The position numbers and the translations under genes are program-made. DNA of 64,000 nt from Girardia tigrina (taxonomy: Eukaryota): assembly GCA_001938485.1 (NCBI GenBank), contig MQRK01216646.1:1-64000 (forward strand). The letters are read 5' to 3'. Below are positions 25,740-38,940 of the stretch, piece after piece. Each line of letters opens with the position of its first letter. Position 1 is the stretch's first letter. The notes beneath the pieces were generated by a model. It worked only from the letters and a program-made list of their open reading frames with translations, was not told the origin of the DNA and did not search any database.

Positions 25740-25781
25740 TCTCAAAACATGTTTCGCCATTACGGCATCATCAGTTGTGAA
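25740..25781 (-). ncRNA. Minimal type I hammerhead ribozyme
   Basis: ttcacaa-CTGATGA-T-GCCG taa TGGC-GAAA-CATGT-T-ttgagaa. Core and stems I and II are intact, and stem III is a short palindrome (AAACATGTTT). Confidence 0.85.
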
Positions 25782-26047
25782 GTAAATTTCAAATTACAAG
25801 TCATTTATATGGCACATTGACTATTACACAATAATTTTTTTTTTAATTAATATTAAAAGATTTTAATATGATTGGATAATTCACTTTGAACATTTAAGCA
25901 TGGTTTATAAAGCATTTAAAACCATGCTTAAATGTTCAAAGTGAATTATCCAATCATATTAAAATCTTTTAATATTTAAAAAAAATAAAAAAATTAATTG
26001 CATAATAGTCAATGTGCCATATAAATGACTTGTAATTTGAAATTTAC

Positions 26048-26090
26048 TTCACAACTGATGATGCCGTAATGACGAAACATGTTTTGAGAA
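26048..26090 (+). ncRNA. Minimal type I hammerhead ribozyme (mirror copy, one stem II mismatch)
   Basis: CTGATGA at 26055-26061, TGCCGTAATGAC, GAAA at 26074-26077, then CATGTTTTGAG. Confidence 0.8.
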
Positions 26091-26168
26091 ATAAAAAACT
26101 TTTAAAATGGCGTTTGTTATTTTTATTTTTTACAAATAAATTGCCATTAAATCTTAATATATATATAT

Positions 26169-26615
26169 GGTACTACGTTAAAACGTCGAAAAATAAAATG
26201 CCGATACGTTAAAAGATCGAAAAAAAAATTCGAATGTAAAACGTCGAAAAGACGTCGAAAAAAAACGTCGAAACGTTAAAACACCAAAAAAGTTTTTATA
26301 AAACATTAAATTAAATGATGTATTATTAAATAATGATTAAGTGAAAGAATGGATAAATGAATGAATGAATAAATACATTTTCATAAAAATACATTTCAAA
26401 AAATAAAAATAATTAAAATTTTAATTTTATGTATAAAGTTAAATTTGAAGAAAGATCGTGTTTTCAAAACTTCCTTATGTTTACGAAATGTAAAACCATT
26501 TGGAGGAAAAAGAAATATGTGATTTTAAACGAAAAATTAGTAGGTTTTTTAAGACTGAGCCAATAAAAGTCCATCTAATTTTTTCGGCGTTTTTTTTCGA
26601 AGTTTTAACGTGCCA
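26169..26615. mobile_element. Non-autonomous DNA transposon remnant with AAAACGTCGAA subterminal repeats (MULE-like?)
   Basis: Left end GGTACTACGTTAAAACGTCGAAAA versus right-end reverse complement GTGGCACGTTAAAACTTCGAAAA, with several internal repeats of the motif. Confidence 0.55.
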
Positions 26616-27988
26616 CAATATATTTATATTGTAAACCGGCTAATCACCAATCACCACTTTCTTATATAATTTATTTATATTAACTTGTATGTATTTATTT
26701 ATATATATTTATATAAATTTATTTATATATAATATAAATTATTTATTATATGTATGATTTATTATTATATTTAAAAGTATCAATTAAAAAAATCAATAAA
26801 GATAAAATATTAAAAATAAAAACGTATTTATCCTGTAAAGAAAAAGAAATTATTTCGAAGATTTCCACTCTGTTTTTGTAATCTAAGGTATTTCAAGCTT
26901 CAAATTACCACCACATTAAATTGAGTCCACGAACAAGACACAATTTCATCTATCATCTTTCTTACTCAAAAATTATAAAATGAATTAAAATTTTGTCACA
27001 AAGATTTTGTTTCGTCTTTTATTAAATTTCAATTTTATGGTACATTTAAATTTACCTGTTTCTCAATTAAATTTTTCAATTCTATACAATAGCATTTTTC
27101 ATTTCGTTTTCATAAGAAATTTAAAAATTACTTTGGATTTAATAATATTTGAAAATAGAATTTAAAATCGCAATTTCGTTTTATTTAACATTTTTTAAAT
27201 TACCCCTTTTTTTACATAAAAAATAAAATTATATTTCAATTAATAATTACGTTTTCCAAAATAAAATTAAAACCGCAGTTTCATTTAAATCGATTTAATT
27301 GTTTTAATTTATATTTTGATTCCAATTAAAATTTTCAAAAATAAAATTATAATGACATTTTTAATTTACTTCGATTTCATCGTGTAGAATAAAATAAAAT
27401 TACAAAAATATTTTAGTTTACTTTCATTTCGCAAAAAAATATTAAACTTTATATTACTTTTGACTTTATTTCAATTAAATATTTTCATCAAATTTGAAAT
27501 TAACTTTTTTACTTTATAATAAATCTTTTAATAAATCTACCGTAAAATTTATTTTATTTCTTACATGAATTAATTTTTTACATTAAATTTCTGAAAATCT
27601 TATTTTAACATATCTATAACAATATTTTTCGGAATGTAACTGTTTAATTATTAATTTGATAAAATTGTAACTTCAAAAATTTTATGAACTCAACAACGCT
27701 CCAAACACGGATAAAATTAATTCAATCTCTAAAGTTAACAAATTTCTATTAACAAATTCTAAGATAAAAACTTCCAATTATCCGTCCATTCAATTTTTCA
27801 AATATTAACTGATTTATGTCACTAGTAAGAATTGTTTATGTTGTTTGATATCTCCCACCATACTCCCGTTTCCTTTTATTAACGAAACATTGATCATTTT
27901 GTTTAACTTCATTTATCCTCCTTCCGTTTTATTGTTTAAAAATAAAATTTATAAAATCAGACTATATTTATTTATTAGTTGTAACATA

Positions 27989-28040
<52 letters not shown>

Positions 28041-28043
<3 letters not shown>

Positions 28044-28573
28044 TTCATCCCAGAAAGAATGAGACTTTTGAAATGTCAATATCCTTTTTAACGAGCAAGG
28101 TAAAAAAACAACCCTGTGTAATACATTCATTCATAATCACCATTCTTCTTTATAACATTAGAGGGGCATTGTATCAGTTTTTCCATCTCAGATGACCATC
28201 GATCAGCAGAAATATTTTTCAGTTCTGATGTAATGAATTGATGTAACTCATCTGCAGATTGAAAATTGGTTTTGTGTCGCTGATCTTCCAAGTAAGAGTG
28301 AATAAAGCGATCCAAGATGTTATAATCAGGGAAATATGGTAATTGACAGAGCAAGATAGCATTCTTGTTTGCGAGAAACATGGACGTCACTTTGGAAACA
28401 TGATGTCTCGCTTTGTCTTGCACGAAAATCATGTTTCTCCAGTTGAGTGGAAACACATGTCGACTAAACTTCTTCTCCATATTAACAAGAAAAGTGACAT
28501 AACGCTCGCTATTCAGGCTTTCTCTCTCCTGCAGCAGTTCGCAATGATATTTTCCAGGGAAAGACACTGTGAT
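28041..28573 (-). mobile_element. Divergent D34D mariner-like element, 3' half, cut by the Gypsy insertion
   Basis: IFVQDKARHH...LPYFPDYNILD (34 residues between the Asps) and VIKKNGDYE*. The sequence stops at the Gypsy LTR. Confidence 0.8.
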
Positions 28574-31500
28574 TGTAAGGATGTGTGAATTATTATTATT
28601 ATGGTTGTTAATTATTATTGAGATTATGATTATAAACTTATTATTATCATTATTAGATGTATGTGGAAAGTATGCGTGATTATAAGTATGAAATTGAGTA
28701 ACAGGATTGAGAGTTTGATGATATAATGTATGCATGTAATAGTATGCGGTGTCAATCATGTGGTGCTAACCCAGCAGATCTCCTTAATCCAGTTATGCAA
28801 CCAGATCGAGGTGTACTTGTATATAAGATATGCCAATTGAATGATTAGTTTATTATAGTGTTGATAATATATCTTAGAAAAGCATCTTGTCTCTTAACAT
28901 GGCGACCACGACCGAAGTACAAAATTTTATCAGACCACCAGAGACATTTCAGAGAAACGGAGACCTGGATAATTTTATTCTGGAATTAAAAAGATTCTTC
29001 GAGCTCAAGCGACAGCCTCCAGAATTTCAGGAAACTCTGACAAAAGCATTCTTGTCAGTCGAATTAGTAACACAATATGAAGGAACCAAAATCACAACTG
29101 AAGGATTTGAAGACCGACTCCGAAAAGCGTTTGAACCAAAACAAAATTAGCAGTAGATCTGGAAGCTGCGTTACGTTTTCGTATATCGGATGAGAATTGC
29201 TCACAATTCTTTGAAAAAATCGAAAAGTTAGTTGATAATATTCTCTGACACAAGTTAACGAAGCCGGCATAAATGTTATTCCTGACACAACATGCAATTG
29301 AAGACAGAGAAACAAAGAAAGAGCTCAAGATGCAAGATGTCAAATCATTGGACAAGGCCAAGGAAGTGATTTGCAGAATGGAAGAAATAAAGAAAGAACT
29401 AGAAAGCGAACAATTACTCGCTGCAGTTCACGTAAAAAAACATATGCCGATTGTGCAAGAAAACCGAGACAAGAGACTGATTTCAGGCAGCAGACGATGC
29501 AGAACGCGAGTAACGTAAATCATTTGCCTCATTTTAGAAGATTTCTAAATTATGAACGAAATGCTTCTCCAGTTCAAGTTTGCAGATGCTGGGCATGCAG
29601 AGAAGAAGGCCACATTCGCGCAGAATGCCCGAGCATAAGATACAACAAGTGTAACAAAAGTGGACATTTCAAATATCAATGCTGGTCAAATAGAAAATCT
29701 TTTGACGATCGACAGGGATACTTCAAACAGAGATATGGCAATATAAACCTTAGTCAAGACAATGGTTGGAGATTCAAAGACCACCCAACGATGGATCATG
29801 ATGAAGACAAAATGTACTAATGGAAGAAGAAGCCCAGAGCAATGATCGAGATTTAAAAGGAGAGACTCCGGCTTACAGGGAGGTGCTAGGAGCTATCAAT
29901 CTGGGTTAAGTAAGTATGTGATTGACACCGAATGTTATGATGCGAATGTGTATGAAGATAATGAATTTGTGATTTTGAATGACGCTGAATGTGCTGAATA
30001 TGAGTGTGATGATAATAATAATGATTTTATTAACGAAAATGTTACGAAAAATAACGCAATTCGAAACGATTCTGAATGTACTGATAATATTTTTATTAAT
30101 AATGATTTTATTTATGATACTTTGAGTGTATGTTGTATTAAAGAAAGACGTGATGAAATATATTATCTTTAACAAATAGTAATTATCCTTCTTATAATTC
30201 TTTCAATTCTAATAATGCTAATGGTAATAATTCACTTTTGGAGTTGAATCTAAGGAGACCTCACGCTTTAACAAAAATAGCATATGAGGTAATGAATGGT
30301 AGGCCTAGTATAAAAATTTGGTTAGAGGATGTGATTAAAGAACATTGCTTACTAGATAGAGGAGCAAAGATAAACGTAATTAGTCTGAATATTATTGAGA
30401 AATTGAAAATGAGTGACATAATAGAAAAGTGCGATATACAAGTCATATGTGCAAATGACAGTCGATTAGTTATTCTGAGAGTGATATTTTTAAAAATTAC
30501 AATAAATAAAATAGAATAAATAATATGTTTTTATGTTGCGGCACATATAGAACCATTAATTATTGCGGGAATAGAAATGATGATGATGTTTAATATAAAT
30601 TTAACAATAGATTCAGAAAAGAATAAGAAACAAGTGCTGAGCATTGAAGATAAATATAAAACTCATAATAATTTGCAGTTAGAAAAGATAATGCTTAAGT
30701 TTAACTCAATCTTCATGAAAGACAAGTGGGATGGGGGACATACAACACTAATAAAGCACAAAATTTCGACAAATGGGGGACCCATAGCTATAAATCCTAG
30801 GCGCCAACCAGTGCACATAGAAGAAAAATTAAGAGAAATGTTGACAAATATGGAGAAATCAGGCATAATAAGAAGATGTGATTCAGTATGGAACAGCCCT
30901 TTAGTTTGTGTGCTCAAGAAGAATAAAACGGATTTGCAAATTTGCCTAGATTTTCGAACGTTAAATTTGATTACGGAACGACCACTTTTTCCTATGCCCA
31001 ATATTGATGAAATGATTGAGATTTTGAGAGGAGCGCAAGTGTTTAGCACTATCGACTTGAGTAATGCGTATTACCAAATCGAGTTAGAAGAAGAATCGCA
31101 TTTAAAAACAGCATTTTCGACTAAGAGTGGACAGTATTGTTTTAATAGAATGCCGCTTGGCATTGCAGCGGCCCCAGCGACTTTTCAAAAACTTATGACA
31201 GAAGTTTTAGAGGAATTAAATTGGAAAGAAGCGGTTGTATATCTAGACGATATACTAATTTTTTCTCGTGATGAACAAGAACATTTAAAGAAACTCAAAA
31301 GAATATTCAATAAAATAAAAGATGCAGGACTAAAAATTAATCTGGACAAATGTAATTTTTTAAAAGAAGAAATAAAGTTTTTAGGACATATAGTAACTAA
31401 AAACGGAATTAAAACAGATGACGAAAAAATTAAGACAATGCAAGAATTCAAGACTTCAAAATGTGTAAAGAGATTTAGAAGTTTTTTGGGTTTGACCAAC

Positions 31501-32425
31501 TACTATTGAAGATTTGTTAAAGATTACGCGAAACAGTCAAGAGTTTTAGATACGAAAGATTAGTTTGAAATATACCTTAGTGTGTCTTTAGAAAGATACC
31601 CAAAGACGAAGCAATCGATCATAAAACAATTCACAGCGGAACCTTTTGAAGAAATATTCATAGATTTTTGCGGACCTTTAAAAAAATCATTTTCAGGCAA
31701 GCAATACATCTTAGCAATTATAGACCAGTTTAGTAAATGCGTATCGCTCACAGCCATTGCTCCTCAAGACGAAAAAACCACGGCTAAAATATTAAAATAT
31801 TAAATATGGAGCTCCGAGAATAATACACTCAGACAGAGGACGAGTTTTCGAATCTAGCGTTATAAAGGCACTGGCAAATACGCATCATATATCCATTGTA
31901 CAGTCAAGTCCGTACCATCACCAAACAAACGGACTAATAGAACAATAAGAGATGCTATAGCTTTGAGCATGACAGACCGGAAAGGAGATTGGATAGATAC
32001 ATTACCAGATGTGGAGTTTATGATTAATGCAACAGTTCAACAGTCAACAAAAGTATCACCAGCAGAAATAGTTTTTGGAAAAACTATTAACCGTCATTGG
32101 ATAGAGAAAGATAAGCCACAGGAAGAGCGAGAAACAAACCGAAATATTAGAAGACAAGAGTTAACGTCTAAAATAAAAATACAACAAACCTTGGGCACTC
32201 AAGAAAATATAACGAATAGACGGTATAACATAGGAGAATGGGTGTTAATAAAGAAAGAAAATTGTAATAAAATGGAAGTGAGATATGAAGGTCCATATGA
32301 AATTATAGAAATATTACATCCTAGAAGTTATCCATTAAAAAGCAAAGATGGAAAAAGTATAATAAGGAATATAGAACGGATACGGGATTTTAAAAGGGGG
32401 GATGTATGGATGTGTGAAGTAGTAA
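28574..32425 (+). mobile_element. Ty3/Gypsy retrotransposon, near full-length, defective
   Basis: 5' LTR TGTAAGGA..TCTTAACA (28574-28899) and PBS TGGCGACCACGA (tRNA-Arg-like). gag has the CWACREEGHIRAEC knuckle, protease reads LLDRGA, RT (30577-31509) has YLDD, and integrase has IDFCGP/YEGPY. PPT AAAAGGGGGGA precedes a 3' LTR starting TGTATGGATGTGTGAA at 32403 (truncated). RNase H and the IN Zn finger are deleted near 31555. Confidence 0.95.
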
Positions 32426-34179
32426 TAAATTTTCGAATTTAAGAAATATTTAATAACAATTTTACATTTTTCAATAGTTTAACATCAATTTTGCGAACTA
32501 CTTATAATTTGAAACTTTTTTTTATTTTAATTACCGTAAAAGAAACAAATATTAACTTATTTTGAAATATATAAAAAATAATAGAAAAAAATAAAAATAT
32601 AAATAAGTCATATATAAATAAATGTAGTTTCAAGTGGTTTAATTAACATTAATATTAATAACTGGTTTTCAGAAAGTTTAACATATTTGAGAATTTTTAT
32701 TATCAGGTAAAATTTTTCAATTATTTTTGGAGATTAAATATATTTTTGTCTGTTCTACAGTTTTAATGCCTTTTGGTAAGGTAGTTAAATATTAGTATGA
32801 AATAATTAACAACAGCGGATGATCCGGATGTATTTAATGGAGACTCACAAATCTCAATAACTGTGTCTATTAGGTTCATATTATTAGATTTTAAATTGTT
32901 CTAAACTTACAAAAACGAACAGACTTAAATTTTAACACAATATTGCACTATACTACAGATCCAGGATGAGTAACCATTAATATATCATAAGCAATGTTTC
33001 GTCTGTTGGTCAAATTACAACTTTGTCAACTCCTTTTTTACAATATTTCTTCTTCAAAAGCAAAATGTAACCCATTATCCAGTGCTTAAATAATATTCAT
33101 TTTAATGAAATGTTCGAGATTCTCACCACCTCAAATATATTGTAAAATTTATGTTAAATAACGAAATGATAAATTAAATTCAGATTTAAAGAAATTTAAA
33201 ATATTTTAAGCTCAAAATTCAAATTTTAGTGAATTGAATTAGATTAAATGAAAATCAATAAAAATTAATACTTATCNNNNNNNNNNNNNNNNNNNNNNNN
33301 NNNNNNNNNNNNNNNNNNNNNNNNNNNNNNNNNNNNNNNNNNNNNNNNNNNNNNNNNNNNNNNNNNNNNNNNNNNNNNNNNNTTCAGTGAAAATTTGAAG
33401 TTTCTATGTGGTCTAAATGCTGAGATATAGGCAAAAGTAAATGGCCCATTCTTGACAAGATGAAATACAGTGAAGGTATATGAAAAGTGCTTAAAAAAAT
33501 GAATGGCATAATAATATTTTTTAAAACCACGCTTGTATTGATAATGATTCTGTGTTGGAAGACCGGGACGGAATTCTGCATATTTTTAGCATATCAAAGT
33601 CCTAATTGAATTCAGATTTCATAATGTACAAGACTGCCAATTTCTGGAGTTCGACTCTGAATCGATCCCAACTATCATCCATTAAATCGATGCTGAGTCG
33701 ATATTTCGAGTCAACAACTTGAACTAGTATAAGTCGGTCAAGCCGGTTAATGTAAAAAGTAACCTAAAAATTTAGGAAAGCAATATAGTATGCGTTTTAG
33801 TGTAATGCAACTCTGGGATCACGGTTGAATCCTGAATTATTTGTTCCGACTCGTAAACCTTTGACCAAATAATTTTTTGGCGATTGCTTATTTGGATAGC
33901 TTGGAGTTCAGAGCACCGTTTCCGATTATGAAAGCACCAAAATTCGGTTTTAACACAGTAAAATTATTGAAAAGAGTCGAATACCTCGAGTTCCGAAAAT
34001 TAATGAATAAATTTCTCATGACAAAGATTTCTCCAAATAAAGGATAATTAATTAGGAATCCAAAAATGTATTTATTATGCATTGGGGGGTGTGCTTTTTG
34101 TAGCCATTAGCATCCCAGGCTTTCTAAAAAGCCTCGGGCTTAATAACTTTCAAGGACGTGAGAATCACTATAAAATAAA

Positions 34180-35140
34180 TTATTATAAAATGATACAAAA
34201 AATTAAAAGATAATGGCAAATTATGTTTAAAAACAAAAACGCGCCATTTGTTAAATTTATTTTTTACGACAATTAATTTCGACGGTATAACGGTCATCGT
34301 CAGGTCTCAAGAAAGAAATGAATTTTAAATCTGCTTATATTGGCAAGCAGTGATTATGTCATCAATGGATTATTATGTCATCTAAACACGCTCAATAGGG
34401 TTTTTGAGAGACCCGTTTGCACATTAATCTTAGGACCTAAAGATCTGATATAAAGTGCTTCACAGTCCACCCTCTCCCAATAGTTTTTAAAACGAGAACA
34501 CAGAATTTTAAAATCTTTTATGTTTATGTTTTCATTCAACTTACAACCCTTTCTGTTTTCTGCAATATTACTTCCACCTACATTCCGACCATGTTCTTGG
34601 ATTCTCTTACAAAGATGACGGAACGTCTCTCCAATGTATGTGGCATTACACCCATTACATGTAAATTTATATACGAGATCCGAACATAATCCAAATGGGG
34701 TTGGAGATTTATTACAAAACACATTTTGGATTTTATATGTTTGTGANNNNNNNNNNNNNNNNNNNNNNNNNNNNNNNNATTTTAAAATTGAACGTTTAAA
34801 TTGACCAAATCCCTCTGAATATGGAATGCTTAAAACATATTTTAAAGTTGTTGAGTCTTCTTTATCATTTATAATTGGTTTATTAATTAATTTATCAATT
34901 GTTTCTTTGATCAATTTCTCAACAATTGATTTTAAGTAACCATTTTTATTCAATAATTTAGTTAATTGGTTAAAATCAATTGATCAAAATCAATTGTTGA
35001 GAAATTGACCAAAGAAATAATTGATAAATTAATTAATAAACCGATTATAAATGATAAAGAAGACTCAACAACTTTAAAATATGTTTTAAGCATTCTATAT
35101 TCAGAGGGATTTGTTCAATTTAAACGTTCAATTTTAAAAT
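34180..35140 (-). mobile_element. 5'-truncated Penelope-like element (GIY-YIG endonuclease) with inverted 5' duplication
   Basis: ORF 34378-34953 reads NGY..IPYS..LVYKFTCNGCNATYIGETFRHLCKRIQEH..EALYI..PKINVQ. 34780-34933 is inverted at about 34986-35140. Confidence 0.92.
34265..34310 (-). ncRNA. Minimal type I hammerhead ribozyme in the Penelope 3' UTR
   Basis: gac-CTGACGA-T-GACcGTtatACcGTC-GAAA-TTAAT-T-gtc, with palindromic stem III AATTAATT. Confidence 0.8.
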
Positions 35141-36359
35141 GCGTTTTTTTTAAAAATAGCTTGTTATTATTTTTTTAAATTTAAGAGAACTAAACTTTAA
35201 ACTTTAGTTTAAAAAAATATATTTTATAAAATACAATTAAATTTTTTTCGCATAAATAAAATTTTAATTAAAAAATATCAAAATTAAAGAAAAGAAAATA
35301 AAAATAATTAAAATTTGATTCAAAATTAATTTAATTAAATAATAAATTTATTTAAATCTAATTTAACTTATAACTGACAATGAAGAAAATTATTAATTTA
35401 TTTCTTTAAGACAGAACGAGAAAATTAATTTCAAATGATTTTAATTTTAATTTTAAAGAATAAAAATTCACATATGGCAAATAAATATTTTTTCAGTTGA
35501 GGATGAATATTCGTTTTTTTTCTAAAGATTTCCCTCAGTAAAATAAAAACAAAACAAACTGATGGAAACGAAGTGCACAAACGTTGAATGAATTTCACAC
35601 TTTTATTTCTGTTTTTTTAACAATTTATTATTTTGCATCAATGAATTTTATTTTTCAAAAGCAAAAAATATATTATTTTTTTAATGGGAAATCTGCAGGA
35701 TCTCAGGAGAATTGATCGAGCTCACCATAGCTTCAAAACAACTCCACAAACAATTAGAATTTTCAGATGATTGTTTTCATTAATAATTTATTTTCTAAAT
35801 TATTTTTTTTATTTTCAACTTTTTTTTGTTTTTAATCTCTTTTAAAAATCTTTAATAAGTATTAAAATTATTTTGAAATTAATCTTTTATATTTTATACA
35901 TATATCAATTGACCAATTTATTTGTCGTTACTTAATTAAATGACGAAATCCTTCTTTGAGGAGCAAATTTATAAATTTGGAAGAGTTTGGGCTTTTTGTT
36001 TCATCTTGTTGGCTTAGTGAAAAATAAAAGTTACAATCTTTTTGTTTGAAGTTTGTAGACTCAAAGGAACCCAGTCTTATGAGATTATATTTCGTAGACT
36101 GAAGAAAAATTTACAATTTAATAATTTTTTTGTCGTTTAACAGTGCTTATTTCTTAAATGTTTAATCTAAATAAATTCCCATATCACAGTATTTTAAATT
36201 TATTTTATATTTATAAAAATATGGATTAACAATCAATTTACAACTTTTTCAGCATTTTCTTTTCTTAAGTGTTGTTTGTTATAGATCTTATTTCCTTAAT
36301 GTTATGAAAAAGATATCAAGTCGATGAATACATTTTAAAAAATTTTTATTGAAATAAGT

Positions 36360-37830
36360 ATCATTATCATATACCCTCCTCTGAGTTCCATGGCATTTCA
36401 CTATGTGATCCAAAATTGAGTTTTTCTATTTGATTGGGTATGTTCTGCAATTCTATAACAGAGGTGACGATTTGTCTATCCAATGTACAAGGATTCAAAT
36501 TTGTGACATTTATTTATTTTGGGCCACAGAAACTATTCGGAGTACTGTAAAGATCAGTATCTGTTGGTTTTCTATAGATCCCTGTCAAAAATCTATTTTG
36601 CTTTCTTTCAACCAAGAAATAATAAAATATCGTTTATGGCTAAAAGACCAATGGAAATTTTTGATAAGGAAATCTATACTCTCCATAATATGCTTAGTAA
36701 TAATGGTTATATTAAAATATTTAAATAATATCATTAAAAATAATGAAGAGTCAATTTATTTAAAATCAAAAGACTAAATCAATAATAATATGTATTAAGA
36801 ACACCAATTTGACTTTTTACATTTTATTAACATAACAAGTTTGATTGTCCTCAAGACAATCTTTGTCAAAGCTTTCGTATGATTGAATTCTAAATAATTG
36901 ATTAATGACTTAAATTTTATTATTTGTAGCAAATGGTGATATAAATAATTTGTTAAAATATTTACTCAAAACTTATTGGATAAAAATGAAAACGATTATT
37001 AATTATTTAAAAATTATTAATTCGAGTTATTTATTAAAAATTGTAAATAAAATTAATTAACTTATTTTAAATTTTACAATTATTTTAAATTAGAAATAAA
37101 TTTAAACATTACATATTTTTAGATAATAAGAATTAAAATATTAATCATTCATCTTGGTAAGATAGACGCAATTCCAAATCAACATACAAACACAAAACAT
37201 TCAAATTATTCCTCACAAAATGAATACAATTGACGACGAGATTAATTAAAAAATTTATTTTTAAAATGTCGTACACCGAAGGTGCCAAAGAGTTTAAACG
37301 AATTTTAGAAAAATGGGCTCCAGAAGGGGTTACAATTAAAATATTATTTATTGTTATTAACTAATAAAATTTCTAATTAAATAAATCTAGAACAAAATTG
37401 GGTATGAAAGGAAATTAAGCTACCAATTTAAATATCACAAGTACAAGAATCTTTGTACATTGGAAAGACTCAACTCTATTCAAGAAGAAAAAGCTCAATT
37501 TTGGATCACATAGTGAAATGCCATGGAACTCAGAGGAGGATATAATAATGATTTTCGGGTTGCCATTAGCAACTTTGATCACAATTATAAAAGGAAAATT
37601 ACTAAAGCACTGCTAATTAAGTTTTATAAACCTAGTTTAAATGTACAAAGTGATTCGTCCAATCATATTAGAGTATTTTGACGAACGCTTTGTGACGTAA
37701 TGATCATCTTACTATATAAACAGAAATTTTTTTACTTAAATACAGAATTAAAAATACCACAAAAGTGGCGAAACAAGTTTTCAAATAAAAATTTTAAATT
37801 GAAATGATGTTATTATCTTTACTTACGAAA
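36360..37830. mobile_element. Rearranged Penelope-like element (inverted 5' piece plus + strand linker/GIY-YIG), interrupted by solo LTR copy 4
   Basis: Minus strand 36360-36600 reads IYRKPTDTDLY and LYIG*TNRHLCYRIAEH. Plus strand reads FDKEI..LSNNGY (36600-36790), SYTEGAKEFKR (~37265) and ILDHIVKCH..KPSLNVQ..RVF*. A decayed hammerhead lies at about 37744-37782. Confidence 0.8.
36793..37217 (-). mobile_element. Solo LTR family copy 4
   Basis: TATTAAGA...TCCTCACA with TSD ATATG/AAATG. Alignable to copy 5 over its whole length. Confidence 0.8.
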
Positions 37831-38599
37831 AAGAATTAGTCACAATATTTGTTAAAACATGTTTTAATAAAAAGGAAAAAATTATCGTGCGCAGAACATT
37901 TATACATCCCTCGTAATGAACTCAATAGAAATCACTTTTGTCAGCTTACAAATCCTTGAATAAATTAACCTGTTATATATTCATATTGAACATTTTCTGT
38001 CCATTAAATCATTGTTCTCGCAGTCAATACAAAGGACTTCAAGTATCATCATTTATTGTTATGTCGAACAAAACATTAAACATAACAAAACCGACTTAAA
38101 TCACAACATACCGAGTGCAGAAGCTTCTATTATATAAAAGAATAATTTAAATTTAATATAAAGAAAATATAAAAAAGTCAGAACTGATTAAGTCAGCGCC
38201 AGAATAAATAAAATGATATCAGAAAAACATAACCAGAAATGGATGACAGACCATTTACAGCTACAGATTTTATTATCTACAATATAAAAATATGCTATTG
38301 CTATATTCAGAAAAATAACATACACCTCTCTCTTAATAAACTTCAATTTTAATTCATATATTATGGAACCGTTGCCAGAAATAATTGAAAAATCTCTTGA
38401 CATTTTGATAATTAGTGAACAGGTTACAGTGGCCCAAATGACTCCAGTGCTGTAATTCTAAAAAATAATAAATAGGAAATATTTTGCGATTAAACCAGAC
38501 ATTTTCAACCTGAACTCCGTGACCATCAGGACTGAGGCAAAGCGAATTGAAGGAGACTATATAAGATAGCATTAGAATATGGTTAAATAAAATTTCTTT

Positions 38600-38940
38600 T
38601 TTCAAAATGTATGTATGATTTTGATTTTGTAAATGGTTTTCATCCTAATATCAAATTTACCTTTGAAATAAAGACTAATAATAAATTATCCTTTTTTAGA
38701 TATCATAATTGTACAGTTTTTGAAACAGTTTTTCGGACTTTAGATATAATAGGAACATAATTAAAGTTTTGGTACATAGATTTATTAAAAATCAATTGAA
38801 TAAAATCATGAAAGATACATTTGAATCCATTTATCTAAAATCAAATAATAATTGATAGAATTTTTTGAAATAAAATTCAAAATAAAATGACTATTTATCA
38901 TAAGTTACCGTACTTAGAGAGAACAAAATAGTTTAAATAT
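38600..38940 (+). mobile_element. Penelope-like RT fragment
   Basis: FVNGFHPNIKFTFEI..NNKLSFLDI and YHKLPYL motifs. Confidence 0.7.

Larger units (their letters stand above)
25701..26157. mobile_element. Penelope-like element 3' end (pLTR) in fold-back arrangement
   Basis: Arms 25701-25906 and 25919-26129 are near-perfect inverted repeats. The + arm encodes the GIY-YIG C-terminus KHLKPCLNVQSELSNHIKIF*. (TA)n lies on both sides. Confidence 0.9.

Noticed and set aside
26630-26940. Possible BEL-type LTR (TGTAAA..CCACA) with PBS-like TGAGTCCACGAAC
   Set aside because: No partner LTR, TSD or coding sequence follows. Insufficient support.
28127-28759. 210-aa ORF with an His/Asn/Ile-rich N-terminus
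   Set aside because: The N-terminal part is antisense Gypsy LTR read through into the interrupted mariner.
32700-32970. Scattered GT..AG intron-like segments (also near 590-845, 16680, 55360) suggesting host exons
   Set aside because: I could not assemble a consistent spliced ORF, and such signals are frequent by chance in very AT-rich DNA. RNA-seq would be needed.
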